A DNA stretch of 32,000 nucleotides from an uncultured archaeon (GCA_964591795.1 CAZQEL010000002.1:1-32000); one strand, 5' to 3'; positions 8,187-17,170 are shown, counted from the first letter of the stretch. Numbers and translations: made by a program. The notes: generated by a model not told the origin, from the sequence alone.

Positions 8187-10652
8187 ATGAAAAATATAAA
8201 TACGAAAAAAGTCATTGCTGGCGTTGCTGCATTAGGACTTTCTGCATTACTTGCAGGTTCCGTTGTTGCTGCTAACGTAGGTGCTGATAATTTCAGTATG
8301 AATATCACAAAAGACACAATGTTTAATAATGGTGTTCCTGCTGTTAGTGTTGTAGTTGGATCTATGGCACAACCAGTTGATGTAGTATGGGCTGGTAACA
8401 TAGCTGCTGCAATCGGAAAGAAAGCTTACACAACTGCAGGTACAGTTGGCGGAGCTGTTTTACAAGATGTAACAGTTGAAGTTGGTTCTTCAAGTTCTTC
8501 AACAATATCAGGTGATGGAAAATTAACTGATGATTGGACAATTGGTAGTACAAGTGTAACAGAAACAATAGATGATTCTGATTATTCATTACTTGGTGAC
8601 TACGATGTATCTGTTGATGATGATATATTTGGTGATGATAGTATAAATGTAAAAGAATCTATTATATTAAAAGCAAATGTTTCTTTTGATGATGATAAAG
8701 ATGTTGCTGATTTAACTGCTGCAATACCTAAATCTGCTATAGAATACGCATTAGAATTTAATCCAGGTATTAATGATGATACAAATGATTCAGGAAGTCC
8801 AGATTTTAAATTCAATTTAATGGGTAAACAATACACATTAGAAGATTATTCTAGTGGAACAATGACTTTAGTTCAAAATAAAGCTACAGTTCCTTACATG
8901 GTTGGAGATACTTTTGAAATTGAAGGTTATACAATTGAAGTAAAAACAATCCTTGAAAAATCATCTGAGGGTGCAACTTACGAATCTGAAATGTCTATTA
9001 GTAAAGATGGTTCTGTATTAGCTACAAATATTTATGCTGATGGAGATAAAATTTTTGATGATTACTTAGAAATAGATACAGAAATAGATACAGTATATAA
9101 TACTAGAGTAACTGTAATTTCTGGAACTAGTGCTAGAGTTAAATTAAAAAGCGGACAAGTAATTAAAGATTTCCCTAATATCGGAGACGAATTATGGAAA
9201 GTTGCATTTACTGGTTCTGATCCTGTTACAGTTATCACAATAACTAACGATGATTCAGATGTACAATGGAAAAATGAAGATGCATTAAGAGTTGGAGATT
9301 CAGTTGAATTACCATTCGGATTTGCTAAAGTTGAATTTTTAGGTTTAACTAAAGAAGATTCAAAGACATTAACTGTTGAAGATGGTATGTTATCATGGAC
9401 AGATTCATCAGATGATGATCACTCAATATTTTTCTATGAACAAGATACTTCTGATTATGAAACAGGAGATAATTACACTACATCTGCTGAAATAGATGGT
9501 AAAAATCTTTACTTCGATTTTAATACTACTGATGATCTGACTCAAGCAGATGTTGCAGAATCTGGTTATTTTACAGTACAATTAGAAGATGAAGATGGTA
9601 AATATTTATCAACTACAGATTCATGGTCATGGGATTCTTTAGCAGCTCCAACAGCTACTGAAAAATTCTATTTTGATGGTGATGCGGTAGAGGATACTGC
9701 AACAGATTATGTTGGTTTCACAGATATAATTGTTCCATTATATAATGATGAATCAGTAAAAATTGCATATGGTGTCTATACTAAAGAAGTATCTGATGTA
9801 ATTGAACAAATTGCAATTTCATTAAAATCAACTGCAACAGGTAGTATAAACGCAAGTCCTGTTCAAAACTGGACTGTTGGAAAAACATATTACCAAATAG
9901 GTACAGATGATTTAAATGTTTCAACTTACGTTGGTGTTTCTGATATATCTTCAATTACAGTTGCTGATGAAGATATGGATTCTATGTTTGAATTAGTTGT
10001 TACTGATAGTGTGGATACTTTTACAGCACATATTGATGCATACACTGGTGATTTAGTTAATACTGATGATTCAGATTATGATGGTGGATTAAATCAAGTT
10101 GTTTCTGCATCTGCTAATTTAGATCAAGAAAATTCAGACGATTTAACATGGGCTTATACTGCTTTCGGTACAAAGTACATGGTAGATGGTGGAATTTTTG
10201 AAGCTGAAATGCCAGAATCAAGACTTTACGGACAAATTTTCATTGGTGGAGGAATTTCTGAAGAAATGACTCTTAACGGTGGAGAATTAGTTTTAACTAC
10301 TCCCGGTACAGTTGTTTCAACAGAAGACGGTATGGTTTCAGCTAAGTTAGTTTCTTCTAATGTTATAGGATCAGACGCAACTGTTGCTATGACTCCTGCT
10401 GCATGGAATGTAAACACACAAAGATTAGTATATCTTGACAATGAAGCTATGGTTCCAACTGGTGCTAAAATAATTGTTGGTGGACATTTAGTTAACTCTT
10501 TAGCTAACGGTGTTACAAACGATTACTTAACACAAGCTGGTCAATATGTTGTAGGTTCAGATGCTACTGGTAACGTTCTTGTTGCTGGTTACACTGCTGA
10601 AGATACAGCTGACGCTGCAAAAGAATTAATAACTGTTATAGAAAACATGTAA
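8187..10652 (+). CDS. Candidate S-layer / major cell-surface protein (acidic, Thr/Ser/Asp-rich, signal peptide)
   Basis: It has an N-terminal signal peptide 'MKNINTKKVIAGVAALGLSALLAGSVVAANVGA'. The 821-aa protein is rich in D/E/T/S and lacks Cys. A GGTGA Shine-Dalgarno-like element (8175-8179) lies 7 nt before the ATG. The gene has a 495-bp upstream intergenic region and a long T-rich terminator region. Confidence 0.65.
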   Translation: MKNINTKKVIAGVAALGLSALLAGSVVAANVGADNFSMNITKDTMFNNGVPAVSVVVGSMAQPVDVVWAGNIAAAIGKKAYTTAGTVGGAVLQDVTVEVGSSSSSTISGDGKLTDDWTIGSTSVTETIDDSDYSLLGDYDVSVDDDIFGDDSINVKESIILKANVSFDDDKDVADLTAAIPKSAIEYALEFNPGINDDTNDSGSPDFKFNLMGKQYTLEDYSSGTMTLVQNKATVPYMVGDTFEIEGYTIEVKTILEKSSEGATYESEMSISKDGSVLATNIYADGDKIFDDYLEIDTEIDTVYNTRVTVISGTSARVKLKSGQVIKDFPNIGDELWKVAFTGSDPVTVITITNDDSDVQWKNEDALRVGDSVELPFGFAKVEFLGLTKEDSKTLTVEDGMLSWTDSSDDDHSIFFYEQDTSDYETGDNYTTSAEIDGKNLYFDFNTTDDLTQADVAESGYFTVQLEDEDGKYLSTTDSWSWDSLAAPTATEKFYFDGDAVEDTATDYVGFTDIIVPLYNDESVKIAYGVYTKEVSDVIEQIAISLKSTATGSINASPVQNWTVGKTYYQIGTDDLNVSTYVGVSDISSITVADEDMDSMFELVVTDSVDTFTAHIDAYTGDLVNTDDSDYDGGLNQVVSASANLDQENSDDLTWAYTAFGTKYMVDGGIFEAEMPESRLYGQIFIGGGISEEMTLNGGELVLTTPGTVVSTEDGMVSAKLVSSNVIGSDATVAMTPAAWNVNTQRLVYLDNEAMVPTGAKIIVGGHLVNSLANGVTNDYLTQAGQYVVGSDATGNVLVAGYTAEDTADAAKELITVIENM

Positions 10653-10654
10653 AT

Positions 10655-10702
10655 GTTTTCTTAAACTTTTATTTTTCTTTTTTTTCTTTTTTTTTATTTT
10701 TT
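10655..10702 (+). terminator. Archaeal-type oligo-T terminator region
   Basis: Successive T5-T10 runs (ttttatttttcttttttttcttttttttttatttttt) lie directly after the stop codon at 10650-10652. Confidence 0.5.
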
Positions 10703-10826
10703 AACAAACTTTAAAATTCTTTATCTTTATTATTTTAAAAAAATCTATTTATAAATCTTATCTTCTTATATATTTTTTAATAAGTATTTTTACTTTTTAA
10801 AATTAAATATTAAAGAAAAATTAATC

Positions 10827-11183
10827 ATGTTTACAAAAAAACAAAAAGGTCAAGTTTCAGTTGAAATGTTAATTATTTTAGGTGTAATTATACTTGTTGC
10901 TGTTGTTTTTGTATCATATTATTTATCAGTAATAAATAAAAATATAGATAAAACAAGTAATGTTCCTACTGGAGTTCAAGTTAATAATTTAATAGAAAAT
11001 AGTTTTAATAATCCTAACCTTACTTCTGCACCTACAAGTTTAGCTACTTGTGGAAATGGAACTATTGATCCTATGGAAGTTTGTGATTATCTTATTTTCC
11101 CATTTGGATTAACTTGCGATAATATAACTGGTGCAGGTACAACTTTAGTGTGTACTGATTGTCTTGAAATTACTTGTACTTAA
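10827..11183 (+). CDS. Archaeal type IV pilin-like protein (class III signal peptide) with a C-terminal 6-Cys module
   Basis: 'MFTKKQKGQ|VSVEMLIILGVIILVAVVF' has a basic leader, a KGQ cleavage-type motif, Glu at about +4 and a hydrophobic helix. The C-terminus 'CGNGTIDPMEVCD...LTCD...LVCTDCLEITC' contains 6 Cys. Confidence 0.7.
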   Translation: MFTKKQKGQVSVEMLIILGVIILVAVVFVSYYLSVINKNIDKTSNVPTGVQVNNLIENSFNNPNLTSAPTSLATCGNGTIDPMEVCDYLIFPFGLTCDNITGAGTTLVCTDCLEITCT

Positions 11184-11613
11184 ATTTTAATTATTGCTTT
11201 TTATTAAAAAAAGAAAAATCGTTTTTACTAATATTAGTTTTAATCAAATAACTAGTTTATTAAAATTAGTAATTGTTAAAAAAAAGTAATTGTGAAGAAT
11301 AAAATTATTTTTCTTCTTCAACTCTATTTTCTTTTATTCTCTTCATTGTTCTTGGAGAGAATGATTCTTTATACCATTTTTTCCAAATGATTAAAATATC
11401 ATCATAATTAGTTTTACCGTGTTCTTGAAGATATTCTTCTTTTATAAGTAATAATTTATTATGTGCATAAACTGTGTTTTTAGCTTCCAAAAGTTCAATA
11501 CAATCATTTTCGTTTGCAAAATCTACTTGGTATTTTTTTTCTTTTGCACGCATACTGATGTTATTCCACATCTCTTCAATTGTCATACCAGTAAGTTTTG
11601 ATATTTTTGAAAA
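11063..11613. repeat. Direct repeat copy A (pilin 3' end + intergenic + 3' end of ATPase gene)
   Basis: It aligns to 13388-13937 at an offset of 2324-2325 nt. The core 11189-11613 versus 13513-13937 shows only 2 substitutions by eye. The 5' part (pilin coding) is mosaic and partly diverged. Confidence 0.9.
11305..11586 (-). pseudogene. Duplicated 3' fragment (last 93 codons) of the FlaI/GspE-family ATPase gene
   Basis: The 93-aa translation is identical to the C-terminus of ORF 13629..15944 except for one residue (WNN vs WDN). Homology stops abruptly at 11613 and there is no ATPase core. Confidence 0.85.
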
Positions 11614-11665
11614 TATAGGTGTAAATTCCTTTTTTATTAACTTATATTTATATTTTTCCTTTTCT

Positions 11666-11716
11666 TGACTAGTAATACCTCCAAAAAACTCCTTTTTCTG
11701 ACTAGTATACTAGTCA
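11666..11716. promoter_or_regulatory. TGACTAGTA half-site plus a perfect 18-bp palindrome TGACTAGTATACTAGTCA upstream of the AAA ATPase gene
   Basis: The half-site is at 11666-11674 and the palindrome at 11699-11716. Both are preceded by CCTTTT(T)CT. They lie 43 nt upstream of ATG 11759 and just inside the left junction of the insert. Confidence 0.4.
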
Positions 11717-11758
11717 ACTTTTAGAAAGTATTATATACTATTCGGTTATAGTATTATT

Positions 11759-13096
11759 ATGCTTGACTGGAAAAACATAATTTTACAAAATCCTTGGTGG
11801 CAAGGTAAAGAAGATTATGATATTTCTAAACTTAAAAATAATAATTATTCTATTTCTAGAAAAAGTATACTTATAGCTCCTAATAAAATATATTTAATTA
11901 AAGGACCTAGAAGAGTTGGTAAAACTATTTTTTTAAAAAAAATAGCACAAGAGAATCCAAATATCTCTACTTATATAAATTTTGACACTCTTTTAAATGT
12001 TAGAATTTCTGAATTAATTAAAACTATCGAACATGATATTAAAATAAACAATAAAAAAATAATTTTACTAGATGAAATACAATCTTTAAAAGAAGGATGT
12101 TTATTTTTAAAATCTTTAAAAGATCTAAACTTATTAAAAGATGTTTGTGTAATTGTTACTGGTTCTGATCCAAGAGCAATTGATCGTTGTAAACAATATT
12201 TAATAGGTAGATCTGAAAAACTAAATATAATGGCTCCTTTAACTTTTAGACAATATATTTTAACTATTTTAAAAAAAGAAAATTTAATTTTGTTTAATAT
12301 TATAAATAACATTACAATTGATGCTAGTGAACCAAATTTAGATATATTTAAAAAATATAAATTAATAGAAAATTATTTTGAAGAAATTAATGATTATTTT
12401 TTTAATTATCTTTTAACAGGTGGGTTTCCTGAAGCTATTAATTCTTATTTTGAAAAAGGGTATGTAGATGAAAAGTATTATGAAGATATTGTTGAAAAAA
12501 TATTTGAAAAAATGGATAAATCTAAATCAATATCTATTTTAAAAGTTATTATTGATTCTTTATCAGGATCTATTAAATATTCTACCATTGAACAAAAAAC
12601 AGGATATTCTAGAGATACAATTAAAAGTTATTTAAAAACTTTATCTGAGCTTCTAGTTGTTTTTGAAGTTAAAGAAAATAGTTCTTCAATTCTTAAAAAG
12701 TTTTATATAAAAGATCCTTTTATTATCCATTCAATTGCTAATTTATATAAAAATACAAATTATTTTGATCAAAGTAAACAACTTTTATTTAATGAACAAA
12801 AATTAGGTGTTTTTGCAGAAAATATTGTTGCTAGTCATTTACATAATCTTTACAATCTCGATCTTTCTTATTATAACGTAGATAAAAAAGAAATTGATTT
12901 TATTGTTTTAAAAAAAGCAATAGAAGTAAAATATAGGAACACATTAGTTAAACCAAATTATGTTGATTTTATAGATGAATACTTGATATTATCAAAATCA
13001 GTTTTGCCACCCGGAGATGTTATGATAGAAAATAGATTAGTTATACCTGTTTGTATTTTTTTAAGTCTTTTGGAAGTTCCAAAATATTTTTTGTGA
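11759..13096 (+). CDS. AAA+ ATPase of the COG1373 type (AAA_14 + DUF4143-like)
   Basis: It has Walker A 'GPRRVGKT' and Walker B 'ILLDEIQ'. It also has the 'LLTGGFPEA' motif and a C-terminal 'EIDFIV' segment characteristic of this archaeal/bacterial ATPase family. Confidence 0.75.
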   Translation: MLDWKNIILQNPWWQGKEDYDISKLKNNNYSISRKSILIAPNKIYLIKGPRRVGKTIFLKKIAQENPNISTYINFDTLLNVRISELIKTIEHDIKINNKKIILLDEIQSLKEGCLFLKSLKDLNLLKDVCVIVTGSDPRAIDRCKQYLIGRSEKLNIMAPLTFRQYILTILKKENLILFNIINNITIDASEPNLDIFKKYKLIENYFEEINDYFFNYLLTGGFPEAINSYFEKGYVDEKYYEDIVEKIFEKMDKSKSISILKVIIDSLSGSIKYSTIEQKTGYSRDTIKSYLKTLSELLVVFEVKENSSSILKKFYIKDPFIIHSIANLYKNTNYFDQSKQLLFNEQKLGVFAENIVASHLHNLYNLDLSYYNVDKKEIDFIVLKKAIEVKYRNTLVKPNYVDFIDEYLILSKSVLPPGDVMIENRLVIPVCIFLSLLEVPKYFL

Positions 13097-13313
13097 TTTT
13101 AAATGGGTTTAAATTCAATTGTATTTAAAATATTTTTTTTATTTTTTTTATTAATAAACTGATTAGTTGAATTATTATAATACTTAATTTTAGGAGTAAT
13201 TAGTATTTGTTCATAATAATGAATAAAAAATAGTGTATTTTGTTCACCCCTCTTGATCAATTTTAAAACTTTTTGTTTATATATATCTTTTATAGATTAA
13301 GATATATTGGTAA

Positions 13314-13508
13314 AACTGTTCTGTTATTACAATTATTTTTAATTTAATAGATTTTGATTTAATTTCAACTAATTATATAAATAAAGTTATTGATCCTATG
13401 GAAGTTTGTGATGATACTAATTTTCCAATAGGTATTACTTGTACTTATGTTGTTAGTTCTGGTACAACTTTAGTGTGTACTGATTGTCTAGAAATTACTT
13501 GTAGTTAA
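13314..13508 (+). pseudogene. Promoterless, 5'-truncated pilin paralog fragment (C-terminal Cys module only)
   Basis: The open frame from 13314 has no Met or class III signal peptide. '...VIDPMEVCDDTNFPIGITCTYVVSSGTTLVCTDCLEITCS*' is homologous to the C-terminus of pilin 10827..11183. Confidence 0.75.
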
Positions 13509-13937
13509 TTATAATTATTGCTTTTTATTAAAAAAAGAAAAATCGTTTTTACTAATATTAGTTTTAATCAAATAACTAGTTTATTAAAATTAGTAATTGT
13601 TAAAAAAAAGTAATTGTGAAGAATAAAATTATTTTTCTTCTTCAACTCTATTTTCTTTTATTCTCTTCATTGTTCTTGGAGAGAATGATTCTTTATACCA
13701 TTTTTTCCAAATGATTAAAATATCATCATAATTAGTTTTACCGTGTTCTTGAAGATATTCTTCTTTTATAAGTAATAATTTATTATGTGCATAAACTGTG
13801 TTTTTAGCTTCCAAAAGTTCAATACAATCATTTTCGTTTGCAAAATCTACTTGGTATTTTTTTTCTTTTGCACGCATACTTATGTTATCCCACATCTCTT
13901 CAATTGTCATACCAGTAAGTTTTGATATTTTTGAAAA
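13388..13937. repeat. Direct repeat copy B
   Basis: This is the partner of 11063-11613. It overlaps the pilin fragment, the intergenic spacer and the genuine 3' end of the ATPase gene. Confidence 0.9.
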
Positions 13938-15944
13938 GATTTCAGAATCTTTAAGTGCATCTTCATTTAAAACAAGTGTATCTTTAGCAGCATCGTATTC
14001 CATTAAATTAAGAATACCTCCTTCTGATTCTGGATCTGTATTCCAATGTTTACGTACTTCTGTTATTTGAACAATTCTTTTATGACTCTTAAGTGAGCCT
14101 TTAAATCTAATTGGCTTAGCTACAACAATAATATCTGTTGCTTTAAATGAAGTGGTAGGTACTCCTAAATCATTAACTACACGATCCCACACAGCATAAG
14201 CTGAGTCAGCGTGTATGGTTCCCATAACTACATTCCCTGCAGCACCAATTCTCATAGCTTCATATAGTACTTTTGCTTCAACTGACCTTACTTCTCCTAC
14301 AATTAATGCAGAATCACCTAATCTAAGAGCTGTTCTAAGTGCATCTTCAGGTTTCATTTCAGTTGTTGCTGTTTCTCCAGTTCCACCAATGGCTGATCTT
14401 GTTTTAAGTCTTTGAGCATTAAAACCAATATCTTTCATATACATTATTGGTAGTTCTAAAGTGTCTTCTTGAACAATTATTCTTGCATTTTGTAAAATTT
14501 CAAGCATTAAAGCAGTCATTAATGATGTTTTTCCTGCACCACGTGATCCTGCTACTAAAAGAGTTGAATTGTTATCAATAAAAAAACTTAATAAACCAGC
14601 TGCTAATGGGTTTAATGAGTTTACATTTATTAGTTGTGGAAGTGTCCACGGTGTATCCTTATGTAATCTAAATGCAAATGCAATACCGTCTGTTGCTAAA
14701 GGATGACCAATAATTGCAATTCTTGTGTTTAAATCAGGCATATCAAAATCAAGAACAGGATGTGCATCATCAAATGGTCTTCCTGACATTGCTCTTATTT
14801 TTCCAACAAAACTTTCAGCGTCTTTTTCTGGATAGTGTATGTTTGTTTGACACTGTCCATATTTTGAATGAACTACGTATATTGGTTTTGCTCCTAGTGG
14901 AGAATCTAAATATACATCAGTTAATTGTCTATCTGATAATAATAATTCTAAGATACCATAACCAATAGTGTATCTTGTAACTATTTCTGATAGTGAATAA
15001 ACATCATCAGGTGATAATTCAATACTATATTTTTTAGCAATATCAATTATTGTTGATTGATATATTCTTTGGAAATATTTTCTAGTACTCTCTCCTGTTG
15101 TAAGAGTTACTTTTCCTGGTTTGTAATTAGCAACAGTATCTTTTGTTTTTGTTAATACAAAATAATGATCTGGAGACAATGTATATTCAGGTGGATTAAT
15201 TAAATAAATATATTCTACTTTTTCTGGATGTCTAAATATTTGTACTGATGTGTTAAGTACTTGGTATTCATCAATTAACTCTAAAGTATCCATGTCTTTA
15301 AAAGTTAATTTTGATCCAATAAATGCTGGTTTTATTTCTACATCAAATATTGTTCTATAGATGTCTGTAACTTCAGAAAAATCAGTTATTTTTAATAAAA
15401 TTGGTTTTATTTTTTTTAAAAATGTAGTTTTTTCATACATTTCTTTAAGTCTTAAAAGATGTTTTGTATTTTGTGTAAAACAGATTTCACAAGGTTGACC
15501 GTTTCTCTCTTGTGCTCGGTTTTTTGTATTTTCTATTTCTTTTAAAAGGCTAATGTATGAAGCTATTGGATCATAGGACAATAATTCTTTTGCAAATTTA
15601 ATAATGTTATTATGTCTTTCTGGATAACATTCATCACAGTCAATTTCTTTAACACCTAAGTGTTGAGATACCCATACTGCTCTATTTTCAAACTCTAAAA
15701 GTAAATTCACCATTTCTTTTAAATATTTTGTTTGTTCTTCATTATAATTTCTTTCATAAACTTCAGCTAATATAATTTCATCAGCATCAACAGTTTCTAG
15801 TATTTTCATTGCATGATATCTACATCTAGGATCTTCAGCAATGGATGTATTATAAGGGCAATTTCTACAATCAAAAACTAGTTTTTTTTTAGAGCCTTCT
15901 GTTGTAACAACATAATCTCCAACTGTGAATTTTCCTATTTTCAT
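13629..15944 (-). CDS. Type IV pilus/archaellum-type secretion ATPase (FlaI/ArlI/GspE/VirB11 superfamily) with a long Cys-containing N-terminal extension
   Basis: It has Walker A 'GSRGAGKTS', 'IIVQEDTLEL', 'LIVGEVRSVEA' and 'GTIHADSA' (His box), which are the canonical T2SSE motifs. The N-terminal ~320 aa carry the clusters CRNCPY...CRYH, CDECYPERH and CEICF. Confidence 0.8.
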   Translation of the reverse strand: MKIGKFTVGDYVVTTEGSKKKLVFDCRNCPYNTSIAEDPRCRYHAMKILETVDADEIILAEVYERNYNEEQTKYLKEMVNLLLEFENRAVWVSQHLGVKEIDCDECYPERHNNIIKFAKELLSYDPIASYISLLKEIENTKNRAQERNGQPCEICFTQNTKHLLRLKEMYEKTTFLKKIKPILLKITDFSEVTDIYRTIFDVEIKPAFIGSKLTFKDMDTLELIDEYQVLNTSVQIFRHPEKVEYIYLINPPEYTLSPDHYFVLTKTKDTVANYKPGKVTLTTGESTRKYFQRIYQSTIIDIAKKYSIELSPDDVYSLSEIVTRYTIGYGILELLLSDRQLTDVYLDSPLGAKPIYVVHSKYGQCQTNIHYPEKDAESFVGKIRAMSGRPFDDAHPVLDFDMPDLNTRIAIIGHPLATDGIAFAFRLHKDTPWTLPQLINVNSLNPLAAGLLSFFIDNNSTLLVAGSRGAGKTSLMTALMLEILQNARIIVQEDTLELPIMYMKDIGFNAQRLKTRSAIGGTGETATTEMKPEDALRTALRLGDSALIVGEVRSVEAKVLYEAMRIGAAGNVVMGTIHADSAYAVWDRVVNDLGVPTTSFKATDIIVVAKPIRFKGSLKSHKRIVQITEVRKHWNTDPESEGGILNLMEYDAAKDTLVLNEDALKDSEIFSKISKLTGMTIEEMWDNISMRAKEKKYQVDFANENDCIELLEAKNTVYAHNKLLLIKEEYLQEHGKTNYDDILIIWKKWYKESFSPRTMKRIKENRVEEEK

Positions 15945-16094
15945 GATTTATCTTATTTTTATTTATTTCTAAAATATTATATACTAAAATAGTGGTCTAT
16001 AGATTATTTAAATCTTTTTATTTATTGTTTGTGAAATTCAATTTATTTTATTATGTGTTAATTTTAGATTGAAAAATATTCTTTTGAGCTAAAG

Positions 16095-16144
16095 TATAAC
16101 TTACCCTGGATATTAAGAAATTGGTTTGTCCAGGGTAAGTTATA
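16095..16144. repeat. Perfect 16-bp inverted repeat with an 18-nt spacer (TATAACTTACCCTGGA-N18-TCCAGGGTAAGTTATA) upstream of Fic
   Basis: The arms 16095-16110 and 16129-16144 are exact reverse complements. The core TTACCCTGGA/TCCAGGGTAA recurs downstream of the same gene. Confidence 0.8.
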
Positions 16145-16170
16145 TAAATCCTTTCACTCTATATATTTAT

Positions 16171-17154
16171 ATGGCATATATATATGTTAAGCAAATTGGT
16201 TCTAAAAAATATTATTATTTAAGAGTTGATAAAAGGGTTAATGGTAAGAAAATCGTAAAAGATATTGCCTATCTTGGTTCTGATTTATCTAAAGTAGATG
16301 TAAAAAAACTAATTAGTTCTTCTAAATATGGTAAGGAGATAACTAAAAGTTATAAACAAATAAATCATCTAATTACTTCTAACTATTATTATAGGAAAGC
16401 AGAGCTTTTAAAATATAAAAAAAACACTTATTTAACTAAAGAACAATTAATACGATTAAATGCTATTAGTTTTCATTTTTCTTCAAATTTTAAAAAATTG
16501 CATCAATTAACTGCTGCTGATTTTTTAAATAATTTTGTAATTTCTTATACTTATAATACTACTTCAATTGAAGGAAATACAATTGCTCTGGCTGATGTTA
16601 AAAAAATATTAACTGATGATTCAATTTATTTAAAAAATAAAACTTTAAGAGAGATTTATGATTTAAGAAATACAAAAGATACTTTTAATTATATTTTTAA
16701 AAACACTCTAAAATTAAGCCTTAAGGTTATTATTGATATTCATAAAAAATTAATGAAAGATGTTGATGATAGAGTGGGTTTTAGAAATTTTGATGTTAGA
16801 GTTTTTAAATCTCATTTTAAGTCTTCTCTTTATTTTAGGATTGATAAGGAAATTAACGATTTACTTTCTTGGTTTAATATATCTAAAGAAAATATTTTTG
16901 TAAGGGCAGTTATTTTTCATCATAAATTTGAAAAGATACATCCTTTTGGAGATGGTAATGGACGGACAGGAAGAATGTTATTAAATTTAATTTTATTAAA
17001 TAATAATTTACCTCCTTTAATTATTACTAAGAAAAACAAAAAATTTTATTTTGATTCACTTTCAATTGCAGATAAAAAAGAAGATTATTCATTTTTAATT
17101 TCTTTTTTATTAGATGAGTATGAAAAAGGTTATTGGCAACATTTTATTTCTTAA
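16171..17154 (+). CDS. Fic-domain protein (AMPylase/adenylyltransferase family)
   Basis: It carries the canonical Fic motif 'HPFGDGNGRTGR' (HxFx[DE]GNGRxxR). I place the start at ATG 16171 (MAYIYVKQIG...); the track ORF begins at an upstream TTG inside the hairpin. Confidence 0.8.
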   Translation: MAYIYVKQIGSKKYYYLRVDKRVNGKKIVKDIAYLGSDLSKVDVKKLISSSKYGKEITKSYKQINHLITSNYYYRKAELLKYKKNTYLTKEQLIRLNAISFHFSSNFKKLHQLTAADFLNNFVISYTYNTTSIEGNTIALADVKKILTDDSIYLKNKTLREIYDLRNTKDTFNYIFKNTLKLSLKVIIDIHKKLMKDVDDRVGFRNFDVRVFKSHFKSSLYFRIDKEINDLLSWFNISKENIFVRAVIFHHKFEKIHPFGDGNGRTGRMLLNLILLNNNLPPLIITKKNKKFYFDSLSIADKKEDYSFLISFLLDEYEKGYWQHFIS

Positions 17155-17170
17155 TAAGGATTGTGTGTTT

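Noticed and set aside
11088-13460. Diversity-generating retroelement (TR/VR pair) as the explanation for the variable patch between the intact pilin and the truncated copy. I considered this because DGRs are common in DPANN archaea.
   Set aside because: The ~20 mismatches are not adenine-specific. About 7 have A only in copy B, about 8 have A only in copy A, and about 6 involve no A at all. No reverse transcriptase or accessory gene is present in the window.
11474-14070. The + strand ORFs 11474..11668 and 13798..14070 (both start MFLASKSSIQSF...) as a duplicated small gene.
   Set aside because: They are antisense read-throughs of the duplicated ATPase 3' region. Their identity merely reflects the 425-bp repeat, their composition is low-complexity (S/F/I) and there is no independent coding evidence.
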